The translations under genes and the position numbers were made by a program. The notes under the pieces were generated by a model. The model was not told the DNA's origin, made no database searches, and worked only from the letters and a program-made list of their open reading frames with translations. This document shows positions 1 through 9,144 of a stretch of DNA of 64,000 bases, piece after piece. Location of the stretch: assembly GCA_977020255.1 (NCBI GenBank), contig CDROCS010000253.1, positions 1,178,001 to 1,242,000 on the forward strand, written 5' to 3'. Within the stretch, counting starts at the first letter, position 1. Each line of letters starts with the position of its first letter. This DNA comes from Obrimoposthia wandeli. Taxonomy: Eukaryota.

Positions 1-2
1 GT

Positions 3-1310
3 TTTGCCGCGGGTGTTGATAAAAACCACGATACCAAGATTTTTTACTCAAAAGGTAAGGGAGAGCCTTGGCGGTCATTTGGCAAAGATATCACAGGGGA
101 CTTTAATCCTATTTCTTTTGGCCAAGATAATAATAGTGTTTATGCGTTAAAAAGTGAACAAGGCGAGCCACAAGGTTTGTATGAATATAATCTAGAAACG
201 TATGAAGAAACTTTGTTATACCGAAGTGAAATTGCCGATCCAACCTATGCTGTTAAATCTGATCTTAATGAGGTCTATGGTTTACGTATTGATGAAGATT
301 ATCCTAAATATGTCTACATAGATGAGAATGTTAAAGATGCCCAGTTACATAAAGCGTTATACAAATCGTTTAAAGGCGATAGCGTTGCTATAACAAGTAA
401 AACGGCTGATGGTGAAAAAATCATTGTGCATGTTAGTGGTGATAGAAACCCCGGCACGTTTTATTTATTTAATACTAAGACGATGAAAGCAAGGCATCTA
501 TTTAATGCTCGTCCATGGGTTAAAGCGAATGAAATGGCTGCAACTGAGCCATTTCGCATTAAAAGTAAAGATGGTTTAGTTTTAAACGGTTACCTAACTC
601 TACCTATTGGCAAAAGTAAAAACTTACCAACGGTGTTACTGCCTCACGGTGGGCCACAAGCCCGTGATTATTGGCGCTATGATCCGCAGGTACAAATGTT
701 AGCTAATGCGGGTTACGCAGTAATACAGGTTAACTTTAGAGGGTCAGCAGGTTATGGGCAGGCGTTTGAGGAAGCTGGTTTTAAAAACTGGGGCACAAAA
801 ATACAAGATGATATTATCCTCGCGGCTAATTATGCCGTGCAACAGGGGATAAGTGATAAAAATAGATTATGTTTGATGGGCTCAAGTTTTGGTGGTTATA
901 GTGCTTTGCAAAGTGCGATTAGAAAACCAGAGTTATTCAAATGTGCTATTGGTATCGCTGGTGTATATGACCTGCCAATGCTTTATAGTGAAGGTGATAT
1001 CAAAACCTTGAAATGGGGTGATGCATTTTTAGATAAAGTATTAGGTACCGATGTTGCTGTGCAAAAGTCACAATCACCGGTACATCACGTTGATAAATTA
1101 AAAGCGGCAATATTTATTATTCATGGTGAAGACGACGAGCGTGCGCCTATTGAACATGCAGAAGCATTAAAAGCCTCCTTAGAAGCAATTAACTATCCAT
1201 TTGAGTGGTTAGTGAAAGACAAAGAAGGCCATGGCTTTTATAATGAAGACAATATTTTAGAATCGAATCAAAAAATCTTGTCTTTTTTGGACAAGCATAT
1301 AGGAAGTTAA
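3..1310 (+). CDS. S9 family (prolyl oligopeptidase/acylaminoacyl peptidase-like) serine peptidase, 5'-truncated by window edge
   Basis: Frame is open from position 3 ([10 protein letters not shown]...), upstream of the track start at 177. Motifs [21 protein letters not shown] nucleophile elbow, HGEDD (Asp) and EGHGF (His). Confidence 0.9.
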   Translation, partial: FAAGVDKNHDTKIFYSKGKGEPWRSFGKDITGDFNPISFGQDNNSVYALKSEQGEPQGLYEYNLETYEETLLYRSEIADPTYAVKSDLNEVYGLRIDEDYPKYVYIDENVKDAQLHKALYKSFKGDSVAITSKTADGEKIIVHVSGDRNPGTFYLFNTKTMKARHLFNARPWVKANEMAATEPFRIKSKDGLVLNGYLTLPIGKSKNLPTVLLPHGGPQARDYWRYDPQVQMLANAGYAVIQVNFRGSAGYGQAFEEAGFKNWGTKIQDDIILAANYAVQQGISDKNRLCLMGSSFGGYSALQSAIRKPELFKCAIGIAGVYDLPMLYSEGDIKTLKWGDAFLDKVLGTDVAVQKSQSPVHHVDKLKAAIFIIHGEDDERAPIEHAEALKASLEAINYPFEWLVKDKEGHGFYNEDNILESNQKILSFLDKHIGS

Positions 1311-2122
1311 TGAGCCCAACTATTGCCAGCGAACAGTTAAGTAAGGTCGCCCTTGGTTACGTAGACAGTGTCGATAGCGAATACGCTAAAAGACTTGCCA
1401 AAAAATGGCAGTTTAATTACCTCGGGCATATTGCCGCTGCCAGTAAACAGCCAGAGCTTGAATTTATATTGCAAATGCATCATCACGCATTAGAGCTTTG
1501 TAAATTAGATGAACCTAAACTCGGCGCTATTAAAGTAGACTTTGTTGAAGGCGCAGTCGCTCATCGACGTAAATTTGGTGGCGGTCGTGGTCAAGATATT
1601 GCCAAAGCGGTAGGCTTAAAACATGGTTTTACACCCCATGTGTTAGACGCAACCGCAGGGCTTGGCAGAGATGCGTTTGTATTAGCTAGCCTTGGTTGTA
1701 AACTTACTTTATTGGAACGTATGCCTGTTGTTGCTGCACTGTTAGATGATGGTATTGAACGAGCCAAACTAAATCATGAAGTTGCCGATATTGCCAATAA
1801 CATGCAGTTAATTCACGGTTCATCACTTGAGGAAATGGACTTAGCAAACGCGCCAGACGTGGTGTATTTAGACCCCATGTATCCGCACCGTGAAAAGTCA
1901 GCCGCGGTAAAAAAAGAAATGCGAATTTTTCAATCACTTGTTGGTGAAGATCTTGATGCTGATGGCTTACTTGAACCAGCCTTAGCGTTAGCTAAATATC
2001 GAGTTGTGGTAAAACGGCCAAGCTATGCGCCACCATTGGCAGATAAAAAACCGTCGATGAGTATTAATATGAAAAAAAATCGCTTCGATGTATATGTTAA
2101 GTTGGCTATTCCTAAAGCGTAG
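1310..2122 (+). CDS. rsmJ: 16S rRNA m2G1516 methyltransferase RsmJ (YhiQ)
   Basis: [53 protein letters not shown]. Start overlaps upstream stop (TAATG). Confidence 0.93.
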   Translation: MSPTIASEQLSKVALGYVDSVDSEYAKRLAKKWQFNYLGHIAAASKQPELEFILQMHHHALELCKLDEPKLGAIKVDFVEGAVAHRRKFGGGRGQDIAKAVGLKHGFTPHVLDATAGLGRDAFVLASLGCKLTLLERMPVVAALLDDGIERAKLNHEVADIANNMQLIHGSSLEEMDLANAPDVVYLDPMYPHREKSAAVKKEMRIFQSLVGEDLDADGLLEPALALAKYRVVVKRPSYAPPLADKKPSMSINMKKNRFDVYVKLAIPKA

Positions 2123-2261
2123 TGTATTCGCTAAATAAGAAATTAAATTAAAGGTAATCGACAAAAAATAAAACGCCAAGATACTCGCGGTCAAAGGTAC
2201 TTAAGTACAACATTAGCTCGCATAAATAACCAAGGCTAGTAGTTATCGATACTCCTGTTCT

Positions 2262-2287
2262 ACCCCCAAAAATTAGTTTTTGGGGGT
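2262..2287. terminator. Bidirectional hairpin, terminator-like
   Basis: ACCCCCAAAAA-ttag-TTTTTGGGGGT, perfect 11-bp stem between rsmJ (+) and the TonB relic (-). Confidence 0.65.
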
Positions 2288-2307
2288 TATTAAGTACAAT
2301 TAATTTC

Positions 2308-2475
2308 CTAGTTTATTTTAAAATCTATCTGAATACTTGCCGTTGCTTCCACCGCTTTTCCATTTTCAAATTTTGGCGCATAACGCCACTCTGTCATAGC
2401 CAGCAGAGCTTCATTCTCAAACCCTTCTCCACCTTTAGAGCCTAATACTTTAGTATTTTTAACAAAGCCAAAAAA
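2308..2475 (-). pseudogene. Relic of a TonB C-terminal domain (energy transducer TonB family)
   Basis: Manual translation FFGFVKNTKVLGSKGGEGFENEALLAMTEWRYAPKFENGKAVEATASIQIDFKIN*. In-frame TAA immediately upstream and no start codon. Confidence 0.75.
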
Positions 2476-2549
2476 TTATTGTCAATTATGTATTGGGAAG
2501 GGCGGTAGTAACGTGACTTTAAGGCAGTAAAGTATCGTGCTTCAATTAT

Positions 2550-2572
2550 CGTTATGCTAGGGTAGCATAACG
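2550..2572. promoter_or_regulatory. Perfect 10-3-10 inverted repeat upstream of the peroxiredoxin, candidate operator
   Basis: CGTTATGCTA-GGG-TAGCATAACG, about 30 bp before the start codon. Confidence 0.45.
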
Positions 2573-2599
2573 GTTTAAACAGCTAACATTCTACATTAG

Positions 2600-3082
2600 G
2601 TGACTTATATGATTAAGCAAAATAGTTTAATGCCAGTAGGCGAACTGCAAGAATTAAAAAATGGCGAGATGATCACGCATAATACAGCGGAACTTTTTGC
2701 GAATAAAAAAGTGGTGTTATTTGCCGTCCCGGGTGCTTTCACACCAACATGCTCTGTGGCACACTTACCTGGCTATGTCGTTTCAGCAGATGAATTAAAA
2801 GCTAAAGGTGTAGAGGCGATAATTTGTTTATCAGTAAATGATGCCTTCGTTATGAATGCTTGGGGTGAGTCACAAAACGCTGAAAATATTATGATGCTAG
2901 CCGATGGTGATGGTAGCTATACCAAAGCATTAGGTTTAAGCATGGACACTGCTACTTTTGGTGGGGTGCGCTCTCAGCGTTACGCCATGATTATTGAGAA
3001 TGGCGAAGTAATCAGCTTACATGTAGAGCAACCTAAATCGTTTGAAGTAAGTAAAGCCGAAGCTATTCTTGAACAGCTTTAA
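2600..3082 (+). CDS. Peroxiredoxin, Prx5/type II (Redoxin) family
   Basis: VPGAFTPTCS..HLPG peroxidatic motif, SVNDAFVM..W, RSQRYAMII. Start may be the ATG at 2609. Confidence 0.92.
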   Translation: MTYMIKQNSLMPVGELQELKNGEMITHNTAELFANKKVVLFAVPGAFTPTCSVAHLPGYVVSADELKAKGVEAIICLSVNDAFVMNAWGESQNAENIMMLADGDGSYTKALGLSMDTATFGGVRSQRYAMIIENGEVISLHVEQPKSFEVSKAEAILEQL

Positions 3083-3197
3083 TCTACTTTCTATGAGTTA
3101 CCTATTAGCGACAAAGCTGGTGTTAACGTACTAAAACCATTCATTAAAATTGATACTAAAAGTAATCAATATAAGAACACGAATAAGAATAATACAG

Positions 3198-3229
3198 CTT
3201 ATTAACCATTTGGTTAATAAGGTTTTTTT
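3198..3229 (+). terminator. Rho-independent terminator after the peroxiredoxin
   Basis: CTTATTAACC-attt-GGTTAATAAG followed by G and T7. Confidence 0.75.
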
Positions 3230-3322
3230 ATCGGTTAAAAATGAAATTGATACAATTAATTGCTTGAATCAATACGTATAAAAAGGCAAAATTCACCCAA
3301 TTAAAATCTTTAAGGCAAAATC

Positions 3323-3850
3323 ATGTTAAAAGCTGAAATGGTAACAAAGTTAAATCAACAACTTAATTTAGAGTTCTACTCCTCAAACTTGTACTTACAA
3401 ATGAGTGCATGGTGTGAAGAAAAAGGTTTTGCCGGCGCTGCCGAGTTTTTACGTAAACATGCGAATGAAGAAATTCAGCACATGAACCGTTTATTTACTT
3501 ACGTAAGTGAAACAGGTGCATTGCCTATTATTGGTGCCATTGATGCGCCGCCACACCAGTTTGAATCGTTAGGTCAGTTATTTCAAATGACTTATGATCA
3601 TGAGTGTTTAATCACTGAGCGTATCAATTCACTTGCTCATGAAGCCTTTACCAATCAAGATTATTCTACTTTTAATTTCTTACAGTGGTATGTTGCTGAA
3701 CAACACGAAGAAGAGACGTTATTCAAAGGTATTTTAGATAAAATCAACCTAGTAGGTAATGATGGCCATGCGTTATTCTTCGTTGACAAAGATCTTGCTG
3801 AACTAGCTAAAACTGGCAGCACCAGCATAATGACAGAAGCAAGCGCTTAA
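3323..3850 (+). CDS. ftnA: Non-heme ferritin
   Basis: [39 protein letters not shown] ferroxidase-centre motifs. Confidence 0.95.
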   Translation: MLKAEMVTKLNQQLNLEFYSSNLYLQMSAWCEEKGFAGAAEFLRKHANEEIQHMNRLFTYVSETGALPIIGAIDAPPHQFESLGQLFQMTYDHECLITERINSLAHEAFTNQDYSTFNFLQWYVAEQHEEETLFKGILDKINLVGNDGHALFFVDKDLAELAKTGSTSIMTEASA

Positions 3851-3892
3851 GTTTACCATCAGCTCGGCGCTGTTAAACCTAGCAAACTAACG

Positions 3893-3917
3893 AAAAGGGC
3901 TTTATAGCCCTTTTTTT
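3893..3917 (+). terminator. Rho-independent terminator after ftnA
   Basis: AAAAGGGCT-ttat-AGCCC followed by T7. Confidence 0.8.
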
Positions 3918-4028
3918 GTATACGTACTATTTACATAGCGATTATAATAGCGGCGAAACTTTCAAAGACCTCTTCGTAGGACTCACCTAATAAGCTTATT
4001 ATTAGGCTTTTATTCTTAAGGTATAGCA

Positions 4029-5237
4029 GTGATCACAACAGACGTATTAATAATTGGTGCCGGCGCGGCAGGCTTAATGTGTGCAGCACAAGCAGGTTAT
4101 CGTGGTAAAAGCGTTGTTGTGGTGGATATGGGCAAAAAGCCCGCTCGAAAAATATTGATCAGTGGTGGTGGCCGCTCCAATTTCACCAATGAAAATACAA
4201 GCCCTGAAAACTACCTTTGTCAAAATTCACACTTTGCCAAATCAGCATTAAGTCGTTATAGCGCGCAAGATTTCATTGATTTAGTTGATCGCCATGGCTT
4301 GAAATATCATCATAAAACCCTAGGGCAATTATTTTGTGATGACAGCGCGCAAGATCTGGTTGATATATTGATGACCGAATGTGAATGGGCAGGCGTTAAA
4401 ATAGCATTGCGTACTGAAGTACTCTCTGTCTCTGCAATAGAAAACCAGGCTACAGACGTCAATAAGCAAGGTTACTTAGTGACAACGAATGACCAAAGCT
4501 ACCAATGCAAATCATTAGTTGTCGCCTCAGGCGGTTTAACTATGCCTAAATTAGGTGCAACCCCTATTGGTTATAAAATTGCTGAGCAATTTGATTTAAA
4601 CGTACTTGAAACGATTGCCGCCTTAGTGCCTTTTACTCTTCATGAGCATGACAAACAACGCTTTGATGGCTTGTCTGGCATCAGCTTATTGACCGAAGTG
4701 ACCAGTGAAGATGGCACAATTTTTAAAGAAAATATTTTGTTTACCCACCGTGGTTTATCAGGGCCTGCGATATTACAAATATCGTCTTTTTGGCGTGCGG
4801 GGCAGGCGGTTACCATTAACCTATTACCAGAAAATAATCTTAGAGAAACATTAATTCAATGGCAAAACGACCAGGGACAAAAGTCAGTAAAAAATCTGTT
4901 GGCGACTTTATTACCTAAACGGTTTGTTGAGGTGTTGGTGAAAGATGGCGTAATCACTGATAAACCGGTAAAACAACTCAATCATCAGGATATTTCTGTA
5001 CTAAGTGACTACTTACACGCTTGGCAGATAAAGCCAAACGGCACTGAAGGTTACCGGACTGCTGAGGTTACTTTGGGGGGCGTTGATACTGACGAGCTTT
5101 CTTCAAAAACCTTTGAGTGTAAAAAACAACAAGGTTTGTTCTTTATTGGTGAAGTGATTGATGTAACGGGTTGGTTAGGGGGGTATAACTTTCAATTTTG
5201 CTGGGCAAGTGGTTACGCCTGTGGGCTGTCTGTTTAA
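4029..5237 (+). CDS. HI0933/YhiN (BaiN-like) NAD(P)/FAD-dependent flavoprotein oxidoreductase
   Basis: IIGAGAAG dinucleotide-binding motif, ISGGGR(S)NFTN, VASGG..PKLG, LFTHRGLSGPA, AEVTLGGV, GEVIDVTGWLGGYNFQ. Confidence 0.92.
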   Translation: MITTDVLIIGAGAAGLMCAAQAGYRGKSVVVVDMGKKPARKILISGGGRSNFTNENTSPENYLCQNSHFAKSALSRYSAQDFIDLVDRHGLKYHHKTLGQLFCDDSAQDLVDILMTECEWAGVKIALRTEVLSVSAIENQATDVNKQGYLVTTNDQSYQCKSLVVASGGLTMPKLGATPIGYKIAEQFDLNVLETIAALVPFTLHEHDKQRFDGLSGISLLTEVTSEDGTIFKENILFTHRGLSGPAILQISSFWRAGQAVTINLLPENNLRETLIQWQNDQGQKSVKNLLATLLPKRFVEVLVKDGVITDKPVKQLNHQDISVLSDYLHAWQIKPNGTEGYRTAEVTLGGVDTDELSSKTFECKKQQGLFFIGEVIDVTGWLGGYNFQFCWASGYACGLSV

Positions 5238-5454
5238 GTTTTTATTTTTAACTAATTGACTTTAATATTTTGATTCATATAAGTTACTCGTCTTAGGACT
5301 CATTTCACAGTAGAGTGGTTATTCAATTACCTGCCGTCCAAAATAATGCTGGTTAGGCCAGCTACGCATATAATTCTAACTTAGGTTTGAATTATATGCA
5401 GGTACGACAGTATGCTCCAGTTGCTATATATTTATCTTTCGAACACTTCATAAA

Positions 5455-5600
5455 TTCTACGTAAAAGTCATCATCATAAATATCTTAAAAGTTCGTATTA
5501 CTCTTTCCTTTTTACGGACTCTTTCTGACGCTGAAACCGACTACTTTGAGCCAATCAGTGAGTATCCAAAAATAACGTTCTAGGGGGCGTTATCCATTCT
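5455..5600 (-). pseudogene. Possible heavily decayed IS3-family transposase (OrfB C-terminal) fragment
   Basis: Across a 1-nt frameshift the minus strand reads DNAP-ERYFWILTDWLKVVGFS, resembling the IS3 motif WDNAPMERFFxxLKxEWxPxxGY. A later DIY...FY also resembles it. Multiple stops. Confidence 0.35.
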
Positions 5601-5718
5601 TACTGCAATATAGCGCTACAAGTATCGGAAGTATTTTTAATTAATTACAACAAAAAATCAAAAGTGACTACACTTATAAAATATTGTTGGTTTATATGGA
5701 TATAGTAAGGAAAATGGC

Positions 5719-6276
5719 ATGTTTGACATCTTGGAATATGATGATGCACAAGAAGAGATCAGGGAAATATATGATGATATTTTCAAATATTTAGGCAACG
5801 AAGGTTTGGTAGACTACTTCAAAGTCTTAGGTAAGTATAATAAAAATATACTCGCAGCCACATGGAATTTATTAAAAAACGTATTGATTAAAGGAGAGTT
5901 ACCTAGGTCACTAAAAGAGCTAGTGTTTGTTGCTGTATCCAATGAAAATAATTGTCGTTATTGTACCAATGTTCATAGTGCCACTTGTAAAATGATACAT
6001 GTCGATGAAGAGTCTTTGCAAAAAATATTAGCTAAAGCACAAGACTTAAACCCCAAAAGAGTCAAAATAGCGGTAGATTTTGCTATAAAAATGGCTGTCA
6101 ACGTTGATTCAATTACATCTCATGACCATAAAACTTTAATTGATGCTGGCCTGAGTAAAAGTGAAATATTTGAATTAATGTCATTGGTTAGTGTAGTTAA
6201 TTATTCCAATACACTCGCACAAGGTATGATGATTGCTGTAGATAAAAATATTCTTACTATTTTAGAGCGAGAATAG
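5719..6276 (+). CDS. AhpD/carboxymuconolactone decarboxylase-family peroxidase-related protein (CxxC-H)
   Basis: LPRSLKELVFVAVSNENNCRYCTNVH: AhpD core E-x11-CxxC-xxx-H pattern. Helical C-terminal repeat (L..AGLS..EIFE). Confidence 0.85.
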   Translation: MFDILEYDDAQEEIREIYDDIFKYLGNEGLVDYFKVLGKYNKNILAATWNLLKNVLIKGELPRSLKELVFVAVSNENNCRYCTNVHSATCKMIHVDEESLQKILAKAQDLNPKRVKIAVDFAIKMAVNVDSITSHDHKTLIDAGLSKSEIFELMSLVSVVNYSNTLAQGMMIAVDKNILTILERE

Positions 6277-6278
6277 GT

Positions 6279-7901
6279 ATGAATGGAGATGTAATTGATA
6301 CCTATCAATTGACCTCGCTCATTGAATTAACAAATGCTATGGCAGATGAGAGCATTCATTCTAAGGGAACTATTGAAGGTATAATAAGAAAATTTACTAA
6401 TAAGTTGGTTTGGACGTTAAATTTTGATCTTTGCTTTAAGCTCGATACCAGTAAACTTGGTCATGTAGAGTCTATCTATAATGGTGGGGGCTATGACGAA
6501 GATTTTGATAGTTTAAAAGAACATTCACTGTCGTCTTTTAAACAAAATAAAGAAATTATCATCGCAGATAAAAGTTTTAATTTAGCCTACAGCGTCTTAT
6601 TTAAAGATAAGCAAAGTTCACAAATTTTGATTTTTCTCAAGAATAAACAAAAATTTTCACCGCAATGTTTAATTATCTTAGAGTTGTATTGTTCAGCGGT
6701 TAAAAAAGTAATAGAAGCGAAGGAAAATGAAACAAAAAGAATCAAGTTGTTAAATGATAAACTTATTCTTGAACAGTCTAATAATCAGATTTCAAGATTT
6801 TTAGCTAACATGTCACATGAAATTAGAACTCCCATGAATGGGATGCTAGGGATGGTCACGTTACTTAGCGATACTAAGCTAAATCAGGAGCAAAGTGACA
6901 TGCTCGAAACGATCACATCATGTGGAAATGGGTTGTTAACGGTACTCAATGATATATTAGATTACAGTAAAATTGAGTCTGGTAAGCTTGAACTTGAGAG
7001 GGTCGATTTTGAGCTGGTAAAATGCCTTGACGAAATTATTTATTTATCCTCTTTCCAAGCAAATAAAAAAAACATCAACATTATTACTGAAATTGATCAA
7101 GTAACGCCTAAATATCTCATAGGGGATGTTATTCGTATTAAACAAATCTTGATAAATTTCATGAGTAATGCGGTTAAATTCACCCATGTTGGCGATATCA
7201 AACTATCGATCCACAGCGAGAAAGTCGATGCAATCAATTATAAAGTTAGCTTTAGTATAAAAGACACTGGCATAGGTATTAGTGAAGAAAATCAAAAGAA
7301 ATTATTTCAAGCATTTATTCAAGCAGATGCCTCTACCACGCGAAAATTTGGCGGAACTGGCTTGGGCCTAGCAATTTCAGCTAAGCTAGCTAAGGCAATG
7401 AATGGTCTTGTCAGCGTTAAAAGTACTGAAGGACTAGGTTCTACCTTTAGTGTTGATCTACCATTACAACAAGCAAAAAGTGAGCGAAACTCTGCACCAA
7501 ATCAGCATAAGTCGAAGGTGAATGAAAAGTTATCCAAAACGGCAATGAAGCACAAAATACTTATTGTTGAAGATAATCGGATTAATCAAAAAATAGCTGA
7601 AAAGATGTTGAACAAGTTAGGTTTGAGCTGTGATATTGCTGTAAACGGCCTAGACGCACTAAACGCTTTAGCAATTAATAATTATAGCTTTATTTTTATG
7701 GATATTCAGATGCCTGTTATGGATGGCATTAGCGCAACTAAAAAGATAGTCGAAAAATACGGCAATAAAAGACCGACTATAGTTGCCATGACCGCCAATG
7801 TTTTTCAGGAAGACAGGGATAAGTGCATAATTGCTGGGATGGATGACTTTATTGCAAAGCCTATCGATATAGCTGAATTAGTACGCGTCTTGTCTAAATA
7901 A
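6279..7901 (+). CDS. Cytoplasmic hybrid sensor histidine kinase/response regulator
   Basis: H-box FLANMSHEIRTPMNG, N-box QILINFMSNAVKFT, G1 DTGIGI, G2 GGTGLGLAIS, receiver ILIVEDN..NQ / FMDIQMPVMDG / FIAKP. No hydrophobic TM stretch in the ~170-aa N-terminus. Confidence 0.93.
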   Translation: MNGDVIDTYQLTSLIELTNAMADESIHSKGTIEGIIRKFTNKLVWTLNFDLCFKLDTSKLGHVESIYNGGGYDEDFDSLKEHSLSSFKQNKEIIIADKSFNLAYSVLFKDKQSSQILIFLKNKQKFSPQCLIILELYCSAVKKVIEAKENETKRIKLLNDKLILEQSNNQISRFLANMSHEIRTPMNGMLGMVTLLSDTKLNQEQSDMLETITSCGNGLLTVLNDILDYSKIESGKLELERVDFELVKCLDEIIYLSSFQANKKNINIITEIDQVTPKYLIGDVIRIKQILINFMSNAVKFTHVGDIKLSIHSEKVDAINYKVSFSIKDTGIGISEENQKKLFQAFIQADASTTRKFGGTGLGLAISAKLAKAMNGLVSVKSTEGLGSTFSVDLPLQQAKSERNSAPNQHKSKVNEKLSKTAMKHKILIVEDNRINQKIAEKMLNKLGLSCDIAVNGLDALNALAINNYSFIFMDIQMPVMDGISATKKIVEKYGNKRPTIVAMTANVFQEDRDKCIIAGMDDFIAKPIDIAELVRVLSK

Positions 7902-8157
7902 GGTAACGTTACAGACGTAATGAAGTAGTCGGTTCCTGTGACAATGCCGTGATTTCTGATCTCCATAGAGCCAGGCACATTGGGCATAACAATAGTTTTA
8001 TCTGAGGGTATTTGAGTCGATAACACCATTCATGTAAACGGCATCAGAACTACTGCCATCATCTTTAAAAGTAAAGTTAGCCAATTCTTCTTGATCATCA
8101 CTTCTATAACTTAATTCTAGAAAATACAAAATTAATAAAATATCTAATATTTGATTT
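7902..8157 (-). pseudogene. Deleted relic of a secreted/lipoprotein gene (COG3904-like periplasmic protein, by recall)
   Basis: Ordered blocks LLILYFLELSYRSDD (decayed lipobox-like), AVYMNGVIDSNT, KTIVMPNVPGSM, IRNHGIVT, GTDYFITSV, with a stop/frameshift and apparent internal deletions. Confidence 0.55.
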
Positions 8158-8159
8158 AA

Positions 8160-8765
8160 TTAGGTAAATAAACTTAAGAAGGGTTGGCCTTGGGCTGTCA
8201 TTAACCAGCCTAAAGCTGCAGTATTAATAACAACAGTAAACCAAAAAGTTACTCTAAATTCTGTCTTTTTAGATTTATGTCTAAGCATTTGTTGTGCAAT
8301 CGCTGCTCCCGGCCATCCACCAATTAATGCTAATAGGTGTAAAGTGCTTTCTTGTGTGCGCCATTCACCTCGCTGCGCTTTGGATTTATCAAAGGCATAG
8401 GCGATAAAAGTAATAATACTAACACCTAAGTAAATGAATAATATTTTTTGAGGCAGGTGACCAAAAAAGTAGGCAGCGGTTACCAAGGTAATAAATAGTA
8501 GAGATAAACAGATTGAGAACTTATTGATATTTTTAGCCTGTTTTTGCTGTATTTTTTCACCTGAAAATGTCGCTTGATCAGCGCAATATCTACCTTGGTT
8601 ATCTTTTATTACTGAAAAGGTAATAACATCATTAATTTTGGGTAAACGGTTTCGATTTACTAAAGCTGTTTTGTGTATAAAAATATGGTCACCACCGCCA
8701 TTAGGTGCAATAAAACCAAAAGCTTTGTCGGCATTCCATTTAATGAACTTTCCTTTTAAACGCAT
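8160..8765 (-). CDS. Cold-shock domain + DUF1294 membrane protein
   Basis: N-terminal GKFIKWNADKAFGFI..IFIH (CSD RNP motifs). C-terminal YAFDKSKAQRGEWRTQESTLHLLALIGGWPGA (DUF1294). Confidence 0.9.
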   Translation of the reverse strand: MRLKGKFIKWNADKAFGFIAPNGGGDHIFIHKTALVNRNRLPKINDVITFSVIKDNQGRYCADQATFSGEKIQQKQAKNINKFSICLSLLFITLVTAAYFFGHLPQKILFIYLGVSIITFIAYAFDKSKAQRGEWRTQESTLHLLALIGGWPGAAIAQQMLRHKSKKTEFRVTFWFTVVINTAALGWLMTAQGQPFLSLFT

Positions 8766-9144
8766 ACATACCCGTTATCATTCAAAGTGTAGGATTTCAG
8801 TGGGAATTACAATCACTTTAGACAAGGAAAATAATTTAAGCATAGTCATTCTATGGTTTGGTTAGTTTACGCGGTATAAAGTGATTGTAAACCCATCGAA
8901 GAAGCGCTTGAGCAACATCATTTCATCGTTCCTGTAATTTATAAGGGAATAGCCATTATTTCATCACAGCGCCTTGAATTGAAATTGCTCAAGCACTCTG
9001 AAACATACGCCTTGATTGGTAACGGGTATTACCTTCCTTGTTTTAGTGTGCAGTCATTATCTTACATGCCTAAGTAGTTAACTCAGGATTTTGCTGTAAA
9101 CGTCATCTTCGAAGTCTCTGAGTCATGTGCATAGGCATGCTATT

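Noticed and set aside
3148-3170. ATTGATACT-AAA-AGTAATCAAT inverted repeat as a Fur or FNR box for ftnA
   Set aside because: Spacing fits neither the 7-1-7 Fur nor the TTGAT-N4-ATCAA FNR consensus, and it lies upstream of the prx terminator.
5366-5399. Palindrome as integron attC or Xer dif
   Set aside because: It is far too short for attC, with no proper RYYYAAC; it does not match the dif XerC/XerD arms. Kept only as an unexplained palindrome.
8860-9120. Minus-strand frame with scattered stops (...NNGYSLINYRNDEMMLLKRFFDGFTITLYRVN*) and an alternative LLRWVYNHFIP fragment
   Set aside because: May be a decayed gene or transposase tail, but I cannot assign a family and there is no intact ORF.
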